Below the pieces are notes generated by a model, which had not been told where the DNA came from, searched no databases, and saw only the letters and a list, made by a program, of their open reading frames with translations. Of a DNA stretch of 64,000 nucleotides, positions 48,040 to 62,409 are shown piece after piece. The stretch's first letter is position 1. Every line of letters begins with the position of its first letter. The translations under genes and the position numbers were made by a program. The stretch comes from Eledone cirrhosa (lineage: Eukaryota), in the NCBI GenBank assembly GCA_964016885.1, contig OZ024757.1:33604001-33668000 (forward strand). Direction: 5' to 3'.

Positions 48040-48340
48040 TAGTTATGTCTTCTCATTCTTGTGATGCTATATTCCGTCAGTTGTGCATTGACATGTGATA
48101 TTTCTCTCCATAAAGTTTGATCACCAGCAGCAGAGTTCAAAGAGCAAAGATCAAGTCCAGTCCATAAGTTGACATTGTCAAGCCATCGTTTTGGCTGCCA
48201 GCCTCTGCTTCTCCTACCAGCCAACCTTTCTTCCAGGCATAACTTACTTACACCATGAGTTGATCTTTATATATGCCCATATACTTTTGACTTGGCAGCT
48301 GATGTAATTGGTCTAAGTCTGGTAATGTTGAGCAGCTCAC
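48040..48340 (-). mobile_element. Decayed RTE-type LINE 3' fragment
   Basis: GRRSRGWQPKRWLDNVNLWTGL resembles the RTE C-terminal GRR.RGR...RW.D motif. Confidence 0.65.
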
Positions 48341-49124
48341 TCTAGCTATGTGATTTAGGCCAAATAAAGGGCCAGAAGTAGTCTTAAGTTGTATCAAAAT
48401 CATGACAACCCTTCTAGTGTTGGTGATCTACATGGTAAGCATACCCAGTTTACCTAACAATACACCTCCTTAGAAACTACACCACCCCACTCTAGTAAAC
48501 CCCACCACACCTGCTTTACACCCATGACACTATACGTTTCATCCCTCTGCCACTGCCCAAACTCTTCACCCTTCTTGATATACCTAACATCTCTCTTACT
48601 TCCCCTCATCGTATTTCCACCCTACAATCCCCCCCCCTCCTCTCATAGAATAGAGAAGGCCCTTCAGTCACAACTATGACCAGAAACCTCCCTAGTGCTT
48701 GTGCCACAAGGAAAAACGCACCCAGCACACTCAACTAAGTTGTTCATGTTAAGAAGAGCATCCAGCTGTAGAAAGCATGCCAAAAAGGGTTGAGAAGACC
48801 CTCCAGTTACAACAACCTTTCTATTGCTGGTACCATAAAAAAATGCACCCAGTACACCCTATAAGGTACTTGGAGATAGAAAGGGCATCCAACTGTAGAA
48901 CCCATGCTAAAAAGAGTTGAGAGGCTTCATAAGGTATGACAACTTCCTTAGTGTTGGTGAACTACATAATAAATACGCCCAGTACACTCTGTAAAGTGGT
49001 TGGTATTAAAAAAAGAATCCAGCCATAGAAAATTTGAGCAATTTAGCTGTGTCAAAGACATGACAACATTATTAATACTTGTACCACAATAAAGTGCCCC
49101 CAAGAGAGTGCAGGAATGTAGATG

Positions 49125-49470
49125 AGATAATAATGAAAATTATTAAATTATTGTGTACAGTGCTCAGGTGCACTACAACTCATCAAAGGTGCATGTATAG
49201 TACATAGAATAATGTACAGGAAAGTGAACAGTTTATAAGTCATGATATATAGGAGGGGGAATATCAGGTGTAGTGTTGGTGAATTTCAGGAAGCATAGAA
49301 GGATGCAGTGTCCTGACAGCCAACAACTGATGCAGGTAGTTTGTTCCATGCTTCAGCAACTCTGAGCATGAAAAAATGTTTTCAAAAGTCATGGGAACTG
49401 ATCTGTTTTCTGACTTTGTAGGTATCCCCACAGGGAATTCAAAAGGGTGCTCAGGGTTGTTGTTGGCAAG
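49125..49470 (-). mobile_element. Second CR1-type 3' fragment
   Basis: Homologous to 36725-37105. Confidence 0.85.
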
Positions 49471-49679
49471 ATGCAGGTCCCCAGCCCATCTGAGAGGTCA
49501 GTGATTCCGATAAAATATTGACTTGGTCGGTGAGCACACGTCCAACCCATCCTAGTAGGAAAAAAACTGACGTTAAATGATGATGATGATGATGATGATA
49601 TGTGTGTATATATGGAGAGATGCTGTGCTGAAAAGGACACGTCCCACCCTTGCAAGCAGGGAAAAGCGGACGTATAATG

Positions 49680-49720
<41 letters not shown>

Positions 49721-50719
49721 ATTGACTGGAGACAGTTAACTGTAGTATGTTGTCTAAATCAGTTGAAAGCTCTGTGTTTGTATCTGTATTTATATATCTG
49801 TATGTGTGTGGGTATATATATATATATTTGTGTGTGAAAAATATATTGATTTCCTTTAGGTATTAATAGATTAACTCCCCTAACATGATGATGTCATTCT
49901 CAGCCACAACACTACTCCTCCTACCATATATCTGTCATTCTCAGCTCCTCTCTCTCTGTATATATACATATCTCTTTATTTGGTTATATATATATCTGTC
50001 ATTTTTAGCTCCTCCACTCTCTCTCTCTCTATATATATATCCTCTTTCTCTCTCTCTCTCTATACATATATCCTTTCTCTCTCTCTCTCTATATCCCTGT
50101 CATTCTCAAACACAACTCCCTTTTTATATCATTCTCTCTTTCACCACCTCTCTCTCTCTCTCTTTCTTTGTCATTCTCAACCACAGCACTCCTCTTGTCT
50201 CTCTCTTCCTCTCTCTCTTTATCTACCTATCTGTCTTGTATATTGCCTCTCTTTCTTCTTTCATACCTGCTCTTCTTCCTCTCTATATACACCTATTTAT
50301 CTGTCTCATATGTATACATATGTATCTGTACGCATGCGTGTAGTGGTATACAACCACTTTACAGTGTGGACTGGGTGCTTCTTGTTGTGGCACCAAGACG
50401 ACCACTTTACAGTGTGGACTGGGTGCTTCTTGTTGTGGCACCAAGACGACCACTTTACAGTGTGGACTGGGTGCTTCTTGTTGTGGCACCAAGACGACCA
50501 CTTTATAGTGTGGACTGGGTGCTTCTTGTGACACCTATATGACCACTTTTATGTGAGCTGAATGTACTAATCGTTTTTATGGCCACTTTACCATGCTGGC
50601 ATGGGTTGGATGGGATATGTTGAGGCAATGTTTTACAGCTATATACCCTTCCTATACCAACCCTATTAGTGTACCTAATCAGTGTACCTATTCTAAAAAC
50701 CTGGATACACATGGCAATC

Positions 50720-50751
<32 letters not shown>

Positions 50752-51399
50752 CATTACCATCATAGTTTAACAGCTATTTTCCATGCTTATATGGGTTAGG
50801 CAGCTGTCATGTGCTGAGGCCCTGACTGGTCATGTGCTGGGGTCTGACTGGTCATGTGCTGAGGTCTGACTGGTCAGGAGACTAGGTCATGATCATGTTT
50901 TGTTTTGGCTTGGTTTCTACAGCTGGATGCCATTCCTAACACCAACCACTTCACTGTGTTTCCTGGGAACATGGTTTCTGTCTGTAACGCAGTAGAGATG
51001 ACTGAGGAAGGAAGGGGTCATTATGTCAACTGAGGAAGGAAGGGGTCATTATGTCAACTGAGGAAGGAAGGGGTGATTACATCAACTGAAGAAGGAAGGG
51101 GTGATAACATCAACCGAGGAAGGAGGGAGTTATGTGATGACTGAGGAAGGAGTGGTGGTGAGAACCTATAGAACTCCAGTGTTCTAAAATTCATCACAGC
51201 TGTCAACAAACAAACAACTCTTTTTTATATTATGTATAGATATTTCAATTAGCCATCATTTTTGACGGCATGGGGCCAGCTAGTATATATATATATATAT
51301 ATAACTTATGATAACTCAATGTTAACTGCTTCTGTTCAGGTTTTTGACTATGGACAATAATCAAACAAATTTGGTATTTAAGCTCCAAGAGGAGGAAAA

Positions 51400-51878
51400 A
51401 TGTGAACCGCATTGCCTTTCCTCTGGTTTCCATCTCTTAGAGATTATATGCCCCATGGCTTATATGTTTGGCTATTTTTCTTAGTTGGGTGCGACTGGAT
51501 GTCAGCCACACAAGCCCTCATTAACTTCTTTAAGTGGAAAGTAAGAACGAAGAGGGAGGTTCTGCCTTCTGTATTTTCACGAAAGGTGGGTGAGAGCGGC
51601 AAGGATGATGAAGCTGAAGCTACACTGACTATGCTTTTCTAAGATAAGAGAAAAAACATACTGGAAGAGGGGCCTTTCTATGCTTTTGATGATACAGAGT
51701 GATCTGTGACTTTTGTTGGGGATTTTCACCCAGAATTACCCTTGGTGGTTTTCCCTTCCTATTGGGGAAGTTTTTGGTGATTTTGAACCATTTAACTCGA
51801 TGTAAACCCCACTTTGTAGTGTAATTGGTCCTTGTATTGTCCCCACCATCTTGGGCCCTTGTGGCTGATAAAAGAAAC
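51400..51878 (+). mobile_element. Probable decayed L1/Tx1-type LINE 3' end
   Basis: LINFFKWKVRTKREVL-like C-terminus (recognised from memory). Its 3' end CCTTGTGGCTGATAAAAGAAA recurs reversed at 54633-54655. Confidence 0.45.
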
Positions 51879-51881
51879 CAT

Positions 51882-52430
51882 TGGCAGAATCGGTTGAGCA
51901 TCAGACAACATGCTTTGTAGTATATAGTTACTGGCCTTTATGTTCTGAGCTCAAATTCCACTGAGGTTAGCTTTGCCTTTCATCCTTACGGGGTCAATAA
52001 AATGCTAGCCTTGAACCACAAAGGAGAAACATTGTTATTGGTTGTAGGGGATTGGCAGTATCGACAGAGCCTCAGACTACATGTTTTGTGGCATAGAGTT
52101 GCAGCCCTTTACATTTTGAATTCAAATCCCAATTAGGTCAACTTTGACCTTTCGTCCTTCTGGGGTTAGTAAAATAAAATACCAGTCAAATTCTGGGGTT
52201 GATTTACCCAAATTTGTTGGTGTACTGCCTAAATTAGCAATCATTATTCATGGCAGTATCGGTAGAGGGTCGGACGCCATGCTTTCCAGCATAGTTACGT
52301 CCCTTTGCGGTCTGAGTTCAAATCCCACCGAGGTTAACTTTGCCTTTCATCCTTACGGGGTCGATAAAATAAAGTACCAGTAATGCACTGGGTAATTGAT
52401 GGCCTTGTGCCAAAAGTAGAAACAATTATT
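51882..52430 (+). mobile_element. Three head-to-tail SINE family A copies (starts about 51882, 52053, 52252)
   Basis: Three repeats of TGGCAG.ATCG..AGAG / B-box / CTTT..CCTTTC.TCCTT core. Confidence 0.8.
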
Positions 52431-53417
52431 CATTGTATCTGTGCAAATGACATTGTTGTTGTTATTGTTGGAGGCACATGGCTTAGTGGTTAGAGCATTG
52501 GGCTTGCAATCGAAAGATTGTGAGTTCAATTCTCAGACCGGGTGATGTGTTGTTTCCTTGAACAAGACATTTATTTCACATTGCTCCAGTTTACTCAGCT
52601 GTAGAAATGAGATGATAGGGACTGGGGTCCCTATCATTCCACTGCAAAGTGGTCGTGGAGGTGCCACGGCAAAAAAGCACCCAGCACTCACTGTAAATGA
52701 GGTTGGTGTTAGGAAGGGCATCCAACTGTAGAAATCAAGCCAGAATCAGTTCCCGTCCCACCCTTGCAAGCAGGGAAAAAGCGGACGGAAAATGATGATG
52801 ATGATTGTTGTTGACTATATTCTGGAACAAAGAAGCATTAGAATAGTGTAAGGTGAATACCTACCAACCTTCTTACCTACTTGCATATATATGAAAAAGA
52901 TATATGTATATATAGAGAAGGAAAGAGCTATATATCATGTAAGAAACATGGTATATTGTATATGTACCAAATAAATATTCTATAGAACAATATGTACACA
53001 GGTGGAATCACAAGTGAAACCCTATAGCGATATTTCATACCTGGAGAGTGTAGTTCAAAATCAATCTATGTAATCAATCATCGAAAAAATCATTCAATAT
53101 AATTGATCATTGAAGATAAACTATCGATTATGATTAAACCATATGAGACTCGGGTACTCTTCTGCGGTTTAGTCTCACCATTCTAAGGGAAATATAGAAT
53201 CAAGATGGTAAATAAGACAATATACTTGCCGATATCACAGCCATGTCCAACATGACCATCATGCTGAGAAGCACATGGTGAAATCACCTTAAACCCAAGG
53301 CAAATAGATATCAACAAGGTGGACGTTAACTCTGCTAGAAACAGGAGCAGGGAATATATATATATATTATATATTTCCAGGGGTACTTAGTACCTGTGGG
53401 AATATTGATCTCCTTTT

Positions 53418-53454
<37 letters not shown>

Positions 53455-53456
<2 letters not shown>

Positions 53457-53720
53457 GAACCGTGAAAAGATCATCTCTATAGAGCCCGCCCCTTATTCCC
53501 AGGAACCCCAGCCATATGTTATGTAGTAGGAACATGCCGATGAGGTAGGTTAATTGTGTGGAGTCACTAGACCCCCATCATTATGTCGAAGCAGTCAGAT
53601 CTGACCTTTCTTTCCCAGAGATGGCCGTCAAACTCTATGAGGGTTTTACATGCAAGTGTAATGAGATCTATTTCCCTTCTGGTAAGGCTGGTCTCCTGTA
53701 GGGCAAGGTGGAGGGCCTGG
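53455..53720 (-). mobile_element. Penelope-like element reverse transcriptase relic
   Basis: CKTLIEFDGHLWERK..FDIMMG (frameshift) SDSTQLTYLIGMFLL...GGLYRDDL matches the PLE RT pattern FDVTMGS.D....LVG..LL and GLYRDD. Confidence 0.8.
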
Positions 53721-53801
53721 TTCATGTGTGTATAGATGCATGTATGTATATATATGTATCATGGTTCATCCACAGATTTGATGTGATTTTTGTTGTTAAA
53801 A

Positions 53802-53890
53802 CTGGTCTGAGGATCAGGCTAACTTGGAGTCTGGTCTGGGGGTGCCATCCCAGATCACGAACCAGCTGCTTGAGAAACATTTGTAACCAG
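53802..53890 (+). ncRNA. Hammerhead ribozyme next to the PLE RT relic
   Basis: CTGGT-CTGAGGA-TCAGGC...GCTTGA-GAAA-CATTTGT-A-ACCAG; intact core, GUA site. Confidence 0.8.
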
Positions 53891-54220
53891 GATTGAGCAA
53901 TAAATCTCCAATGTAACACCTCCACTTTGTTCTTATATACATATATATATATTATGTATAGGAAAAAGATTGACCCCGACGGCAGAGCTCAAGCCGTTTC
54001 GACGGCTATTTCTGGACGCTTTATGTATATATATATATATGTGTGTGTGTCTATATATCATCATCATCGTTTAACGTCTATCTTCCATGCTAGCATGGGT
54101 TTAGACGGGAATTGTCCCACTTGAAGCAAGATTGGTCGTCTCGCTCGTATAGGACTGTCTGGCAGGTTTTCTACAACTGGATACCCTTCCTAACACTAAT
54201 ATATATTATGCATATATATA

Positions 54221-54260
<40 letters not shown>

Positions 54261-55129
54261 GTATATATACATATATAATCATCATGATCATTTAATATTT
54301 GTTAAATCATAATGATCATATATACATACATACATATATTGATGTTGCTAAGGCAAGTATGTTGGAGGGTGTTATATAGATCAGTGTCTTAGGTGGTTGA
54401 TATACATTGTATAGATAGATAGATAGAAACTTAGCTAGATGGGTAGAGAGATAGATAGATAGATGTACAGCTAGATAGATAGATAGACACATAACTGGGT
54501 GGGTAGAGAGATTGATAGATAGATACATAACTGGGGGGGGGGGATAGAGAGATAGATAGATAGGTAGGTAGATAAATGGATAGATAGAGAGATAGATAGA
54601 TGTAAAGACAGGTAGATGGATGGATAGATAGATTTCTTTATTAGCCACAAGGGCGCAACAAGAAAAGGGAACAATACAAAGACATGCCGGGGATTTTACA
54701 TACAGCCATGTAAAAAATATAAAAACAAACAATTTCAACAATCGAAATCCCCAATAGGGGGCAGGCGCCACAAATGGGTTGTTTAATACCCCGTCGATGG
54801 ATGGATGGATCGATAGACACATAGATGGATTGATAGAGAGATAGACATAGCTGGCAGGACAGAGAGAGAGAGATAAATGTACAGACAGACAGATAGATAG
54901 ACAGGCAGAAGAAGGGGGGAGGGGAGAAAAAGAAAAAGGTGACAAAAATATAGAAGACGAAGAGAAGAATGAGGTAAAGAAGGAAGCTATCAGTGGGTCC
55001 CAGCAGCGACACCAGCAGCACTGTCAGAAGCTGTGTGCATTAAATTCAGCTATGATTCACATTTGGGTGAGAATTGTCTCTGTTCTTCTCCCTATCATCT
55101 TATTGATCTGTTTATGTCTGGTGGTGTAA

Positions 55130-55795
55130 GTGGTGGTGGTAGTAGTAGTAGCAGTAGTAGTAGCAGTAGTAGTAGTAGTAGTAGTAGCAGTACCAGTAGT
55201 AGTTGCAGTAGTAGTTGTAGTAGCAGCAGTACCAGTAGTAGCAGTAGCAGTTGCAGTAGCAGTTGTAGTAGCAGTACCAGTAGTAGTAGCAGTACCAGTA
55301 GTAGTAGTTGTAGTAGCAGCAGTAGTAGTAGCAGTAGTAGCAGTACCAGTAGCAGTAGTAGTAGTAGTAGCAGTAGTAGTAGTAGTAGCAGCAGCAGTAG
55401 TAGCAGTAGTAGTAGTAGTAGCAGTAGTAGCAATAGCATTGTTATTATTACTAGTAGTAGTAGCAATAGCATTGTTATTATTACTAGTAGTAGTAGTATT
55501 GTTTATTAATGTTAGTAACGGGGGTCGATAAGATAAAGTACCAGTAATACACTGGTGTAATTGCTGGCCTTGTGCCAAAAGTACAAACAGTCATTAGTTG
55601 TAGCATTGTTCATTACTGTTATTATTAGTAGTAGTAGTATTGTTATTAGTATTTTTATTATCAGTAGTAGGAGTATAGCTTGATTATTAGTAGTAGTAAT
55701 AGTATTTTTATTAGGAGTAGTAGTAGTATCAGTAGTGATGGTGGTAGTAGTAGTAGTATAGTATCAGTAGTGATGGTAGTAGTAGTAGTAGTAGT
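55130..55795. repeat. (AGT/AGC)n trinucleotide tract
   Basis: Direct inspection. Confidence 0.95.
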
Positions 55796-56599
55796 CACCA
55801 TTCCTTCATCTCTCTCTCTATTTCATTCAGATATTCAACAGCCAATGAAATCAGATGTTACATCATTTTCTCTACGATGAGGGGTGAGCTTCTATGTGGT
55901 TGTTCATCTGGCTAGAAAGAGCAGGCAGATTTCACTCCAATCCCTTGTCTAACTGAATGGGCACATTCAACAATGTAGTGATATATTAGAAGAGGTGATG
56001 GACAGATGTTGGATTGCCTTAACCTTAGATCTGCTGGCTCAGAGTTGACCTTGGGCTAAACAACAGTAACAACATATTGGGAGTCTTTTATCTGAAAAGC
56101 TTCGGACTAGAAACATTTCGAATTTTTTCGAATATTTGTATACAGCTTTGTACAATGGACGGGATATATATAACTTCTATACAACAGGCCATGTGAAGGC
56201 ATGGGGCTATGTGGTTAGAGTGTTCAGCTCATGATCATAAGACCATGAGATCGATTTTTGGATCATCTATTGCATTGTGTCCTTGAGCAAGACACTTTAT
56301 TCCATGTTGCTTCAGCTGGGAAAAATGCCTTGTACCTGTAATTTGAGGTGGTCAGCTTTGACACACATTGTGATATTCTGAGTCTCCCTGAGAACTATGT
56401 TATGGGTACGCACGTCAGTAGAATGCTCAGCCACTTACATGTTAATTTCACAAGCAGACTGTTCCATTCATTGAATCAACTGGAGTACTCATAAAGGACA
56501 GAAGTCCAACAACAACAATGATAGAGGTTGTATACGTCTGTTTGGATTGGTAACTTCTGACAGTCCTGGGGGCACTGTAGTAGTATATTTCATGCTTTA

Positions 56600-56732
56600 T
56601 CATCATCATCATACGTCTGCTTTTCCCTGCTTGCAAGGGTGGGACGGGTCCTATTCAGCACAGCATCTCTCCATTCATCACAGTCCTTCATCATCGCCTC
56701 TGTGAGCTTCAGCGATCTGAGGTCAGCTCTCA
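56600..56732 (-). mobile_element. Short 3' end copy of the 29.7-32.7 kb RTE
   Basis: Reverse-complement match to 32555-32685 including the tail. Confidence 0.85.
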
Positions 56733-57177
56733 CTATATATATCGAAGAGCCCCTTGGGTCACGAATGACCATGCGATTTGCACCTAGAAAGTTTCCCTCC
56801 AAGGCACAAGTCCTGGCAAGATTGTTTGAGGAAGATCAGCAGTCGCCCATGCACACCAGCCTCTCCTCTCCACGCCACCGATGTTGTCCAAGGGAAAGGT
56901 TATGGCCGATACAGTTTGGCATCAATGATATCACAACTCATTTCTACAGCTGAGTAAACTGGAGCAACGTGAAATAAAGTGTCGAACTCACAACCTTTCG
57001 ATTGCAAACCCAATGCTCTAACCACTAAGCCATGAGCCATGTGTATATATATGTGTGTACGCTTACGCAGCAATGTTTGTATTTCGAACCTGGATATTTA
57101 CCTATGCCTTGTGACTGCTCTATTTACCATCCTGTCCAGCCAGTGAATTACCCACAGACCTCGAATATTTGGATTTA

Positions 57178-58293
57178 TCTATATATCTAAAACAGTGAAT
57201 GTCTGTCTGTCTGACTCCCTAAAACTTAAGAACCACCCAACTGATTGTTTTCAAACTTAACACATGTAATACTTATGGTCCTGTGAGAATTTTGTGAGAA
57301 AAATTTCAAATTTTCAATGCCCTAGGGACCACATTAGGCAATTTAGCGATCTCTCTCTATAATTCTTAGTCTTTTTTTTAGATATATACATAGATATAAC
57401 GTTGCGCCCTTATAATATCTGTCTGTATGTCTGGCTGTCTGCATTACAACATTATGACACTATCTGTGTATGTGTGTATCATCATCATCATCATCATCTT
57501 TGTTTAACGTCCACTTCCACGCTAGCATGGGTTAGACAGGAGTTGTCCCACTTGAGGCAAGGTTGGTCAGGTGACCGTGTCTCACTCATATAGGACTATC
57601 TGCCAGGTTTTCTACAGCTGGATGCCCTTCCTAACACCAACCACATTTACAGTGTGGAACTGGGAACTTTTTACCGTGTTCCCTATATAGTGTATGTATA
57701 TATATATATATATATAGTGTGTAATGTTTTTCGAAATATTTACTTCTGAGTTCACAGATGGATTTTTTTTAGTTTCAGAAGATCCCGTTAAGGGTGAAAG
57801 CAGCGATTCTTTGCTTAAACTTTAATCTGTTATTTTAATATATAGATATATAATTATATATTCGTGTACAGACATTTTTGCATACGCAATAACAAAATAT
57901 AAACAAACGTATTTATTTCACAAGGCTCGATATGGATAAATATATATCAAATATATAAGAACCCTAGAGCAAATATTGTTCTCATTGCTGATGAGGCAGA
58001 AGGGGATATACACAATTGGCTGAAGAAGGACGAGACTGTGTTAGTAGTACGACCAACGGCTGCTATCACACCAACAGCAGCAAAAACAACAACAAAAAAA
58101 GAGAGGGAACGCAATTACATGCTTTTGAAACATCTTAATGGAAAATTATTTGCCTATTCACCCAAGGCGACTTCATTTTTTATTAGGACGTCTGCATCAA
58201 TTGGTGAACATACGACAAAACTGTTTCAGAAAGGAGGGATAAACATGCCAATCTATGTTTAGAATCCCGAGCAACGCCGGGCCATTCTGCTAG
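57178..58293 (+). mobile_element. Non-autonomous Helitron with nested SINE-like insertion (about 57478-57690)
   Basis: A|TC 5' start followed by TATATATCTAAAA and (TGTC)n; 3' GC-rich hairpin CCCGAGCAACGCCGGG 8 nt before CTAG|T. Confidence 0.7.
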
Positions 58294-58748
58294 TATATAT
58301 ATATATATGATATAAAGCATGAAATGATAGGGTTTTAAGAGCTTATGTAGCCACAAGAAGGCACAGACTCAGACACCCTCTCAACGCTTCCTCTTTTTGA
58401 TCTAGCAGAACATCCAAGATGCTAGGATGATACAGCTGGAAGGACAGAGAGGGCTGCACCAGCACTGGGCTGGTACTTTCTTTATCGACCCCTAAAAGGG
58501 TGAAAAGCAAAGTGAACCTCAGTAGGATTTGATCTAAGTATACAGAGATCTGGAACAACTATCCAACAGTCTAACAAATCTGCCAAATTGATTGCCTCGG
58601 GACAGGGAGTATGAGTATATAGTTTCTAAACATCAGGACAGGGTGTATATCACCTCTATACAACATGTCAGAGTGTATATAGCAATCGATACAAGAAATA
58701 TTTATAGTTTCTATACAACGGGATGGTCTATATAGCCTCTAAACAACA

Positions 58749-59003
58749 GAAAAAAAACAGTAGAAAATGCTAAAGGGGCTTTCTCTCAGAATAACATCAA
58801 AACATTTATTTACAAAATAGGAATTTCTGCATTATTTGTACCGGTTTCAGCTTGTAGGCTTTTTCATTATACACTTTCATCGTGTGAAAAAGCCTACAAG
58901 CTGAAACCGGTACAAATAATGCAGAAACTCCTATTTTGTAAATAAATGTTTTGATGTTATTCTGAGAGAAAATCCCTTTAGCATTTTCTACTGTTTTTTT
59001 TTC
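58749..59003. repeat. Fold-back palindrome (about 118-bp arms)
   Basis: Arms reverse-complementary around an ~18-nt loop; decayed hammerhead GTGAAAA-AGC..GCT-GAAACCGGTA. Confidence 0.95.
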
Positions 59004-59679
59004 TTTTTTACTATTATATCATCATCATCATCATCATCATCACCGTTTTACGTCCGTTCTTCCATGCTAGCATGGATTAGACGGGTTGTCCTGTTGTGGG
59101 CAGTGTCTGGTCGGCTGACCATGCCTTGCTCATACAGGAACTGATTTTGGCTTGATTTCTACAGCTGGATGCCCTTCCTAACACCAACCTCATTTACAGT
59201 GAGTGCTGGGTGCTTTTTTCCGTGGTGCCTACACGTCCACTTTACAGTTTGGGCTGGGTGCTTTTTTGCCGTGGCACCTCCACGACCACTTTGCAGTGGG
59301 GGGGGGGGGGGCATATTGTCTATATGCTTCAGCTTGTACCCATGGGAGGTCGGGTACTCTGTATTACTGCGTGAGGTCAGAGGTCACGGCCGTGTGTCAT
59401 CGCCTTTGAGAGGTGTAATTGGGTAAGGTCGGCTTTTATCATCTCATCCCAGGTCTTCTTGGGTCTCCCCACTCCGTGGTTTCCATTAACTTCTAGTGCT
59501 CTGAACCTTTATATATATATATATACACACAAACACTTTTTTCCTGGCAGAGCTGGTAAACCATCCCTGTAATATGAGAACCTCCAAATAGGGTCAAATA
59601 ATAATAATAATATTAATGTGGGTGATGAAAACAGAAACAATCCCTATAATAACAGGCGCTCTGGGAAGGGAATGTCCGG

Positions 59680-60134
59680 CTCTCTCTCTTGCTCAGTCTC
59701 TCTCTCTCTCAGTCTCTCTCTCTCTCTCTCCCCCTTACCCTCTCTCTCTCTCTCTCTCCCTTACTCTTTACGTCTGTCTCTGCCCCTCAGTCTCTGTCTC
59801 GCCATCTCTCTCTCTCTCTCTTAATCTGTCCCTCTGTCTCTCTCTTTTTTCATTTTCCCCCTCTCTCTCTCTCTCTCTCTCTTCACCCCCCCCCCCTCTC
59901 TCTCTTCACCCCCCCTCTCTTCACTCTCCCCCCTCTCTCTCTCTCTCTCTCTCTCTTCACTCTCTCTCTCTCTTCACTCTCTCTCTCTTCACTCTCTCTC
60001 TCTTCACTCTCTCTTCTCTCTCTTCACTCTCTCTCTCTCTCTTCACTCTCTCTCTCTCTCTTCACTCTCTTCACTCTCTCTCTCTCTCTTCACTCTCTCT
60101 CTCTCTCTTCACTCTCTCTCTCTCTTCACTCTCC

Positions 60135-60166
<32 letters not shown>

Positions 60167-60495
60167 TTTTCTCTCTCTTACTCACCCCCTCTCTCTCGTC
60201 TTTCATAAAACACACTAGAAGGCAGAACCTCCTTCTCTACCCTACTCTCACCTCCCCCTCCCCCTCAAGTGGAACCCGAAGAAGTTAATAATAATGGTCT
60301 ATTGGATGAATAATGGACGGCTTGCCGGCTATTAGTTAATGTTCACTAATTTGTGTGTCTGTTAATTGCTGGTGGTCAGTCAATACATGACCATTAACTA
60401 ATAAGCAGGGGGAAACGAGAGTCATATGATTGGCTATCATATACATGTGTTTGCATATATATATATATATATTGTATATATATATATATATATAT

Positions 60496-60542
<47 letters not shown>

Positions 60543-60622
60543 CATATATATATATATTTATATATATTTATATATATATATATATATTTATTTATATATA
60601 TTTATATATTTATATATATATT

Positions 60623-60672
<50 letters not shown>

Positions 60673-60864
60673 GATATTTATATATATATAGATATTTATA
60701 TATATAGATATTTATATATATAGATATTTATATATATAGATATTTTTATATATATATATAGATATTTTTATATATATATATATATATTTATATATATTTA
60801 TATATATATATATATATTTATATATATTTATATTTATATATATATATTTATATATATATATATT

Positions 60865-60898
<34 letters not shown>

Positions 60899-60914
60899 TA
60901 TATATATATATATT

Positions 60915-60946
<32 letters not shown>

Positions 60947-60958
60947 TATATATATATA

Positions 60959-61004
<46 letters not shown>

Positions 61005-61016
61005 TATATATATATA

Positions 61017-61064
<48 letters not shown>

Positions 61065-61076
61065 TATATATATATA

Positions 61077-61161
<85 letters not shown>

Positions 61162-61419
61162 ATTTATATATATATATATTTATATATATATATATTTATA
61201 TATATATATATTTATATATATATATATTTATATATATATATATTTATATATATATATATTTATATATATATATATTTATATATATATATATTTATATATA
61301 TATATATTTATATATATATATTTATATATATATATATTTTATATATATATATATTTATATATATATATATTTATATATATATATATTTATATATATATAT
61401 ATTTATATATATATATATT

Positions 61420-61478
<59 letters not shown>

Positions 61479-61512
61479 ATTATATTTATATTTATATATA
61501 TATTTATATTTA

Positions 61513-61545
<33 letters not shown>

Positions 61546-61780
61546 ATATTTATATATATATTTATATTTATATATATATTTATATTTATATATATTTATA
61601 TTTATATATATATATATTTATACTTATTTATATATATATTTATATATATATTTATATTTATATATATATTTATATTTATATATATTTATATTTATATATA
61701 TATATATTTATACTTATATATATATATATTTATATATATATATTTATATTTTATATATATATATATTTATATATATATAT
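59680..61780. repeat. (CT)n tract then long (TA)n/TTTA tract
   Basis: Direct inspection. Confidence 0.95.
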
Positions 61781-62409
61781 GGCATATATATGTGTTTGGT
61801 ATGTATATTAATTTTGATAGTTTGTATAATTTTGTATAATTTTGTACATAGATCTGTTGAATATGCATGCCAATTCTAACACATATATATCCTAGAAACG
61901 ATCGTTAAATAATGAACTTTTTTTGTTTAATATAAGGAACTGTTTCATTGTTTTATTCATTATTTTTTTAATATTTTATCTTGACTCTGTATTCCGTTTA
62001 TCTTTCACCGAAAGTGATTTTTCATTGCATCTCTTCTTTCCATGATATCCGGATTACATTGAGTTCTTCATACGATTGGACACTACCGTAAACTCTTGGT
62101 AGATTTATCTACATATATATATTTATATATATATATATGTATATTTATATTTATATATATATATATTATTTATATATTTATATATATATTATATATATAT
62201 ATATTTATATACTAATATATATGCACATGTGTTTGCATATATATATATATGCCGCAGTGTGAGTCTGTACATGTATGTGTCTATATATGTGTGTGTGCAT
62301 GTGTATATATATATATGTACATATTCATGGTCTCAGGAGACATAAGAATGAAGATGTTAATTATTGCCACTACATTTGATCCCCATATGATAGGTGCGAT
62401 GACGATGAT

